The notes under the pieces are model-generated. The model was not told the DNA's origin. It worked only from the letters and a program-made list of their open reading frames with translations, and did not search any database. Both the position numbers and the translations under genes were made by a program. Below are positions 52,001 to 61,000 of a stretch of 64,000 bases of DNA, in pieces; the stretch's first letter is position 1; each line of letters starts with the position of its first letter. Source of the DNA: Tubiluchus corallicola (lineage: Eukaryota; Animalia; Priapulida); the NCBI GenBank assembly GCA_030141605.1, contig JAQGDQ010000009.1:992001-1056000 (forward strand), read 5' to 3'.

Positions 52001-55000
52001 TCTACACAGGAGAGTAAAAAGATTATGGGTTTAGAGCCTTGTTCAGCATACAATTTCTCCATTGCCGCTAACACGTCTGCTGGATATGGACCTGAAGCAT
52101 ATGTACTGTCAGACGAAACGCTTCCTGAAAGTACGTAAAACACTTTTACACTAAATCTACTTTTTCTTAAGGATATCCAAAAATTTTTGCACTTTTGTAC
52201 AGCAAATTGTGCATAACTTAACACTGCAAAAGTTAAAGGTAGAATAAAAACAGAAAAAATGAAAACTAAAATGAAAACTTTTAAACATGTTTAAATTCAG
52301 TTTTTGAGCAACTAAGTGGTTTCATTGGTAAAATTTATATACTTGAACTTAAGTAAGCTTTCTTTTTATGCTTTTATTTAACTTCCTGTTTATGCATAAA
52401 AACTCATCTTCAACTAGTTACTGTTTATCTGTGTAGAAGTTGATTGACCTTTCCATAAATCTGCCTGCATGTTCTCTTACATAATTGAAAGCATTTTTGC
52501 AGCACTACCTAAGGAGCAGAAGTGACTTAATCTAAGTTTATTAGTACATCTAGTATTTTATTTTAGTTACCATATATTGCTCAGTATCATATTATTGTGT
52601 TCAATGCTGTTTTATTGACTTTTTCGGTTAGATCGTACAAGTTTTACTATAACTTACTGTCGTTGGCTTAGCAACTGTATTTGTAACAGGCATGAAAATC
52701 TGTGTGTATTTATATATATATGATATATATATATATCATATTACAAGTAAATGTGTTTTTAATATATATATTTTTCCATTTAATTGATATTTTCAGGAAA
52801 CATTTTAACTTTAAGTATATGCTGAAGTTCTATGCATTTTCTTAAATGTCTTTTCTGTTTCCTAATGTGTTACTAAGTTGCGTGTGATTGAAAATATTTC
52901 ATAAAAAGAGTACAGTGCTGGTATCTGTATTAGCATGAAGATCTGTTCCAAAATTTTTTTAATTTCCATAAGTATGGAATTTAGAAATTTGATTTCCGTA
53001 ATAGAAAGAAAGAATTTTATAATTAAATAACACCCAACAGTAATTATTTGTGGCCTATTACAATTGTTTTATAATATTATATTTTGTGACTGCCATGAGT
53101 TAGCGTACTGCTCAATAGATGGCGCAAGGATGCAACTTTCTAGCTTAGACTGTGCTTGCGCATCTGCATTGTTTTGCTAGTGTTGTTCGTCATTCTGCTT
53201 TGAGGTTATGGATGAAGCAAATGCACTCCTGGCTGGTCAAAGTCGCTGACAACATTGATAAATTTTAACTGCATTTTAATGAAATCTATATCTATACTCT
53301 TATATTAATATTCTTGGTATATATATATATATATATATATATAAGATTCGAGGCTACAGCCCGGACGAGGGCACCATTTGCGGCGATCTATACATCAAAC
53401 GAAAGGTCTCGATCTAGTGTCGTCTCATTGGGGGTTTATGTTTTGAATGGGGCCCACCGCGAGGAACGGGGGGGCGAAAAACCTCCAAAAATGGCCATTT
53501 TTCGGCCGTTTTTTGCAAAAGTTATACGCCTGAGATGTAGAGAACGGGAATGGGCCGAGGGTGGTGCTGGGTGTGGATAGATAGCCCGTTCAGCGGTGGG
53601 TGTCATAGGCCTATTTAGAGTTCCCGAGAGGGCCACGGCGCCCTGCAACGGGTGTTTTCCCGGACCCAACTCGCGATTTTTTCGAAATTTCGGCCAAACG
53701 GCCTGCGGAAAAAACGTTCTAGCGGTGCCTGGTGGGACTCTGGGAAGGAGATATATAGCTCTTTACAAAGAGGAAGAACAGGGCTAGACGATGATGTGGG
53801 CTATATTTTAGGGCAGGTTCACCGAGAGGAGTATTGACGAGTTAATTAGATGTTCTATTTTTCGCAATTTTCGCTTAGAAAACTGCTGACGCAAAGGCAT
53901 TGTTGTGACGTCATCCATTGTACTCTGTCTATAATCTTATAGCTTTAATTCAGTAAAAAGCTGCTACAGGCTTTGCTTTAGTTAAACAAACTGTAGGCAT
54001 GATGTTACGGGCTTTGTGTTATAAATGTGGACTAGGTAGGATGTTCGCGTATTATTGATTATACGTGGTTTTTTACGCAAAATCTTTTGCGGGGGGGCCT
54101 TTACTATTTATTATATTATAGCACATAGTTTCAACTTTGTGAAAAATGTTTGGAATGGTTTTGTTGTAATGCTGTGCTGTTGGTGCTTGTGCTACAGGTG
54201 TCGTCATCGTTGCCACCACCATCATCATCATCATCAACATCATGATCACCACGTGAGGTGGTGGATTTGATGTGGTGTGGTGGTGGTGTGCTTTGTGTGT
54301 TGTGCTATGGAAGGTGTGGTGGGGTGATAGGGTGTGTGGGGTGTGGTGTGGGTAGTGTGGTATGGAGTGGGTGGCGTGGTGTTGTGGTGCAGTGTGGTGT
54401 GGTGTGGGTAGTGTGGTATGGAGTGGGTGGCGTGGTGTTGTGGTGCAGTGTGGTGTTATGGTGTGGTGTGGTGCAGTGCGGTGTGATGTGGTGGAGTATT
54501 ATGGTGTGGGTGGTGTGGTGTGTGGGTGGTGCGGTGTGGTGTGGTGCAGTGTTATGGTGTGGTGCAGTGTGGTGTGATGTGGTGGAGTCGTATGGTGTGG
54601 GTGGTGTGGTGTGGTGTGTGGGTGGTGCGGTGTGCTGCAGTGGTATGGTGTGGTGCAGTGTGGTGTGATGTGGTGGAGTGGTATGGTGTGGGTGGTGTGG
54701 TGCAGTGTGGTGTTATGGTGTGGTGCTGTACAGTGTGATGTAGTGGAGTATTATGGTGTGGTGTGGTGTGTGGGTGGTGCAGTGGTATGGTGTGGTGCAG
54801 TGTGGTGTGATGTGGTGGAGTGGTATGGTGTGGGTGGTGTGGTGTGTAGGTGGTATGGTGTGGTGCGGTGCGGTGTGGTGGTATTGTGTGGTGCAGTGTG
54901 GTGCGATGAGGTGGAGTGGTATGGTGTGGTGTGATGAGGTGGAGTGGTGTGGTGTGGGTTGTGTGTTGATTTGTGCACAAAATTCTTTTTGTGGGGTTTG

Positions 55001-58000
55001 GCTAGTTATATTATTAATAAACGTTCTGTGTACTTCATTTTGCATTGAAAACCTCAAACAAGTCATCGGAATGCAAGTCATTTATAACATTAGCGAATTT
55101 AGCAGTTATTGGCCCATCAACTGTTCTAATTGGGAAAGCAATGCAAAGCATTCACATTTATCTGTTATTCTTTACAGCTCATGAAAAACCTGCTGATATT
55201 AGAATGTTTAGTTCTGATGCTTTCAATGCAACTGTAACTTGGGATCCGCCGCCAGAGCCTAAATACTGTGAAGTGGTTGAGTACCAGATCAGTTATCAAA
55301 CTCATCAGAATTATAGTTACAGTGGTGGCATCCCTGAATCTGGCACAGTATATACCCAAAACCTTAGTTCAAGTAAGTGAACTTGCAAAAAACACATGTA
55401 ATAATGTAATCTGAGGTTTAATGTCGGGATTGTTGTAAAATCGTTACTTGCTCTGCATAATAATATATTTGATTAAATGAACAGAGCCGTCTTTATTTAT
55501 TTATATCTTTTCTCCAAGATTATGATGATATAGAACAACTTTAATAATTTTGTATTTATTTTGTACATTCTTAGTGTAGCTTTATTTAATTTTGAAACAG
55601 TAACAATGATTCTGAACCATCATATATGGTCATAATATCTTGGTTAGTTTTAAGTAAGTGTCCTTAAAATGTACTATCTATAAAAATGTAATATGATAAT
55701 TCAATTTAATTTTGCATATGAATATCTTATTCTAGTCTGAAAAGTTGATTAAATGAAGTTAACAGAGTTTTGCTTATTTGTTTATGACGATGGGAAAAAC
55801 AACTTAGTATTTTTGAGTATATTTTATTTATCTTTTACTGTTTCAACTTTTTGCTTGTGAGAGGTTTGTATTGTTAATTTCCACTTGGATTTATCTAATC
55901 TATTTGAAATTAAAAACTGTTTTTTTACATATTGGTACAAGTAAGTAAAAGCAAATCATTATAAGTCCGTGGAGTGATTGTTTGGTTATTAGTCTGATAA
56001 AACTTAGCTGATGTAGTTAAATAGCCTGCTCTTAGTTGGGTTAATTAAAATTTCAGTTTTATGTAATAATTTTGATATCATTTAATATCTTGGTTAGGCA
56101 TTGAAATAATGTTAACTTTTGATTCAAGTGTGTTGGATTTGACTTGGTTTATAGGTATTGAGGTCCCCGCTGAAAGCAAAGTTTGTGTTACTATAAAAGC
56201 AAAAAATAGTGAAGGTGAATGGGGCGAGTCCTCAGATGAAACATGTATTTGGACAGATGCATCTTGTAAGTTAACGATTTGTTGATTTTAAAGTAAAGTT
56301 CTGCTCATTTTCTGTACTTTAAAATGCAGTGTTTAGAAACACACCTGTGTGATATTAACTAAAATCTATAAGCACTTGTCTTTTTACTAGTATTATCCAC
56401 TATTACTTATTTCTTATAATTATGAATATTGTTGTTTTTGAGTGGGCAGTCATTTGAGGAACTAAATGAAAATAGTACACTGAACATCTGACTGTAAGGA
56501 CTGTAAAATTTAACTTGTGGCAAAATGCATCCCCTGTTAAACGAGTGAAATGATGTGGAAGTTTGTCAAGCTGTGGGTTATGTAGTGACTTGGCTTAATA
56601 AATTAATTAAAGAACCTAAAGTTAACTTGTGCATAATAACATTGGCTATTAGGGCCTGATCAAATTAGATTTCTGCAATGCACAGCTGCTTGTGACTTCT
56701 ATTATCTTGTTATTATGGAGATGTGAAGAAGTTTGAACATGGGGTGCCTGGGCTTTTCTTAAGATCCGTCACAGCAGAATCTTCTTGATTTGGCCCTGGC
56801 TTTTCCTTTTGTTCTTTTTGTTAACATGCACATGTAGAGAGCTATGGTCAGCATGGGTGGGGCTTCTTTCTTTGTTATTCTGTTTATCTTGATGTAGAGC
56901 CACAATTTCTGATTTTTGGCTGGATGGGTTGAGATGCGTTCGATTAAGCTAGTGCGAGGTCTTTAGCTTACATTATAATAGCTATCCAAACTTTTTCACC
57001 TAACCAATTCTTCACCCATTCTCAAAATCAATAGCTATGATACATGAAATGTTGATATATTGATAAGGATCCGCTAGGGGCTAAAGTTTAAAAATAGTAA
57101 GTTGTGTGTCACAAGTATCTAACATGTAGTATTTCCTTGATGGAATTTCTATGAGTTTCTATAAATGCACATATGTGAAGCAAATAAACATTACATTTAT
57201 ACATTGAATATTGTCTTGAATGGGCCATGTAGTGTTGCCAGACTGTGACTACTGTGCATACAGGCATAAGAACTTTTTTTAGATATACTGTCATACATTG
57301 TATAATATTGTATAATAATTTTCATTTAGTTTTATTTATTTACATATTAATTTAATGGCTCGAATTGATTTCGCAGATGCAACAGTAATGGTCAGTTTAA
57401 ACAGTAACTTAAGAAACTTGCAATTTACAGGTCAGTCGCGCATTGACTCACCGCATAACTTTGCTGTTGTAAACACAACATCCACATCAGTTTATCTAAC
57501 ATGGGATGAAGTAGAGGGGGCCTCTGAATATGAACTTCGATGGGAACCAAGCGATGGCGTTGGCAGTGACACTATTTTTGCAAATGTTACATCATATTTA
57601 GCAGAAGAGTTGACAGCTTTTACCGATTACACATTTTTCATTATTGCTAGCAATGAAACAGTGAACAGTACTGAAGAATACTTTGCGGCAAAAACTAATC
57701 TTGAAACACCCAAAAACTTTACTATCAGTTTTAAAACCTCCAGCAGTGTTAGTTTGCATTGGTATGTTGTTAATAACGCAACTTATTACAAGTTGAAATG
57801 GAGTTCTGAAACAGAATCTGGTTCTGACACTGCTATTGCCAGCCAAATACCATTTACTGTAGAAGGTTTATCTTCCTATACTTTGTACACATTTTACTTA
57901 ACTGCTAGTGCCAATAGTACAGATACAGACAGTGAAACCGTGAGTGAGACTGCAACGACAAACCTTGACACGCCTAGTAACTTTATTGTCACTGATAAAA

Positions 58001-61000
58001 CTTCGGAAAATGTTACGCTGAACTGGAATTCTGTTAGCAATGCTAATGAATATAAACTGAGATGGACAACTTCAGATGGATCTGGTGTTGGTAATTATGA
58101 CACAAGTGAAACATCTTACACTGTATTGGACTTGTCTCCTTATACCAGTTACGTATTCTACATTGTTGCCAGTGATGGTAATCCAGGCAACGAAAGTGAT
58201 GAAGCTAATGTTACTGCAGTAACTAGACTCGAAACACCTGATAACTTTATTGTCACTAATATAGCCTCAGAGAGTGTTGATTTGCAATGGGATCCTGTTA
58301 CTAATGCTACAGTATACAAGTTAAGATGGAACCCTGCTGATGATGTTGGTGATGACAATGTTGATACCAATCAAACATCATACAATGTGTCCAACTTGTC
58401 CCCTTACACTGTTTACACATTCTATGTAGCTGCTAGTGATAATAACATTGACACTGACACTGACAGCAATGAGGCTAATGTTACTGCAACAACTGATACA
58501 GCAGGTGAGTGTTTTGTTTTGTTATGTGAAAGTATTCGTAAACACTTTATTACTTTCCATTCTGTTTCTTTCTTTTGAAGCCATTTTTCTCCTAGAATTA
58601 CTAAACTCATTTTGAGCATTTATCTTTACCTAAAAGCTAAACACTAAGCACCATTCTGAAGAACTGACTGTAAGAAGTTACAATCAAATTCAAGCTCCTT
58701 TTCAGTTAATAACAGAAATATAAGATGTTGTAATGTCAAAGTATTCCTTTTAATTAAGTGTAATTAAATTTAATTAAGTAATTTGCATTGTTGTAAAATG
58801 CAGATGAAAATGTGCTGAGACTTCAAACTGTCTTTTGATAAACTTATTGTAATAACCACCATTTCTTAGTGGCAAGTGGGTGTTTCTTAAATCATTAAGG
58901 GCAATTAATATGCTTTATTGGTAGATTTTTCTAAAATATTAAAATTGTCTGTAGCACTTTTTAAAGCAAAACTAAGTCGGTCAGGTGTCACATGTATTTT
59001 TCAAAGGTATATGTCTTTATAATTGTATAAGTATCTAGCAAGTACCTTTATTTCAGGGAAAGCTTCTGGCAATTAACATTACTTTTGTAAGAGCTTTTAG
59101 CCCCGTTTTTATTATTTAAAACAATTTATGCATTTTGTGTTTGAGTAAGATGACTTTTTCATTAACTTGTGGAACCACTTTGCTTACCACTGTAAAGAAC
59201 AGAATTTGCATTTTCAAACTATGAATTGCAGTATTGGGTTAAGTTAATGTTTTTTCATAAAGTATTAAAAAGGCAAATGTTGCTCATAGTACAAATGCAA
59301 AAGCATTATTTCTAGCTTAAAATAGCTGTGAACTGTAATCAGACATGTATTAGGGGAACTTGGAAATAGCTAAGGGCCACATTGTAGGTTTAGCAAAGTA
59401 AAATGAATAAAGTTGAGTCTCATTAGTAAACAATTAGGTTACCACAGGTAAAGGGATTCTGGACGGCTCCATCTGCTGCAGTGCCCTCGCTATTTACTTT
59501 GTTGAGAGAGGATTCATAATTGTATGCACATGCATATTCATTTTTACCATTCTGCATTAAGTAAGCTCTACTGTTAAATCCTGCATGTTAGCCTGAAGAG
59601 TGTTGAAATACATAAAAAATATTGATGTCATTGCAATTATGTGTAAGTGAAATAAATTACTTAGCTTGAGGACGTTTTTGGTTCACTAGAATATGAACTG
59701 CATAATGAAGAAATTTTAACACTTCTAATTCAAAACTTTACTCTATAAACTAATTAAAGGTCTATCAACAAGGAATGTGAGGTCCACTCTTGGCAGTGTT
59801 TTCAAGACAGGTTAATTGATAATTGCTTAAAATTACATCAGTAAGCAACTAGTGAACATTTTTACTGTCTCTGACAGAAGAATTTGATTCTTTGATAGAA
59901 GATGCTTTAAGTAGCAGCTTTTGTTGTGCATTAACAAACAGAAATGTTTTTATAATTATTAACAACATGTGTTCAAGTGCTTGACATTAAAAGTTTTAAT
60001 GAAATCTAAACTTGTCACTTTTTACCCGAGTACTGTTCATAGTACATAAAGGTATAGAGTGCCACAGCAGTGAGTGCCTGAATAAAATATGTGTTTTTGT
60101 CTTCTCACACCACCCTGCATCACTGATCACAGCATCCAAGTAGCACAAACTGAAGTGGGGTGTGAGCCGTGTCCTATCTGATGACACGTTGTACCATCAC
60201 ATGGAAATGATAAATCAGTTCACACATTGCCAGATCCATCATACCCTCATACAACAGCCATTCCCAATTGGCCATGACTGAGAAACCATTAATGGGAAGT
60301 GCCGACCAGTGTGCCACATTCTTCCCGCTTGTGCTGGCAGTGGACTCTCTTAATGCTGTTCAAATGAAAATATTGATGACAGTAATAGTGATGATGAGAA
60401 GAGCAAGGGTGGAGAATCAACATGTTTAGGCAAGAATATTCATCCGTACCTCATCAAGTAGGGTCAAGTTGTTGCTAAAACATATCAAGATAAGAAAGTA
60501 AAAAACAAATTCTTTTGTCTAAGTCATAAATAATGATCCTCATCATTCTCAAGTATGAACATTGAACATTCAAAGTGGTGACTAACCTGTGTGTTACACA
60601 CATTTGCATTATTATTGTCTTGGTCTATAGATCTGGTTTGTAAGTCGACTGCAGTATTGCACACCTTCGAATGCATGTCCCACATTACCCACTGTATATC
60701 CGGCAAGTAAAAACACAGTGGGCTTCTTGTAATTTTACTGTTCGTTTGCAGTTTTTGACTGTTCATAGTACAGCATGAACAGAAATTTCATTGATTTTTA
60801 ATAAATGTCTTAACCAGGTATAAAAAACCAGCTGCCATCTTGAACATAAAGCTCAAAAATAGGTCAAATCAACAGAATGGTATAAAATGGAATTCTTCCA
60901 TAAAAAATGTCACAAAAGCTGTTTACTATGCAACTTTGCAGGTCACTTCACTTAGAAAACACAAAAAAACTGATGATGGCCATTTTGGATTTCTGGGAAC

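Larger units (their letters stand above)
47503..57112 (+). repeat. Intragenic tandem duplication, unit A (four-exon FN3 cassette)
   Basis: Collinear with 57113 onward through introns and exons; breakpoint at the shared aagtatc (47503/57113). Confidence 0.92.

Noticed and set aside
54258-55184. Long Cys/Val/Trp-rich and His/Thr/Pro-rich ORFs
   Set aside because: Artefacts of the GT-rich minisatellite in the Helitron.
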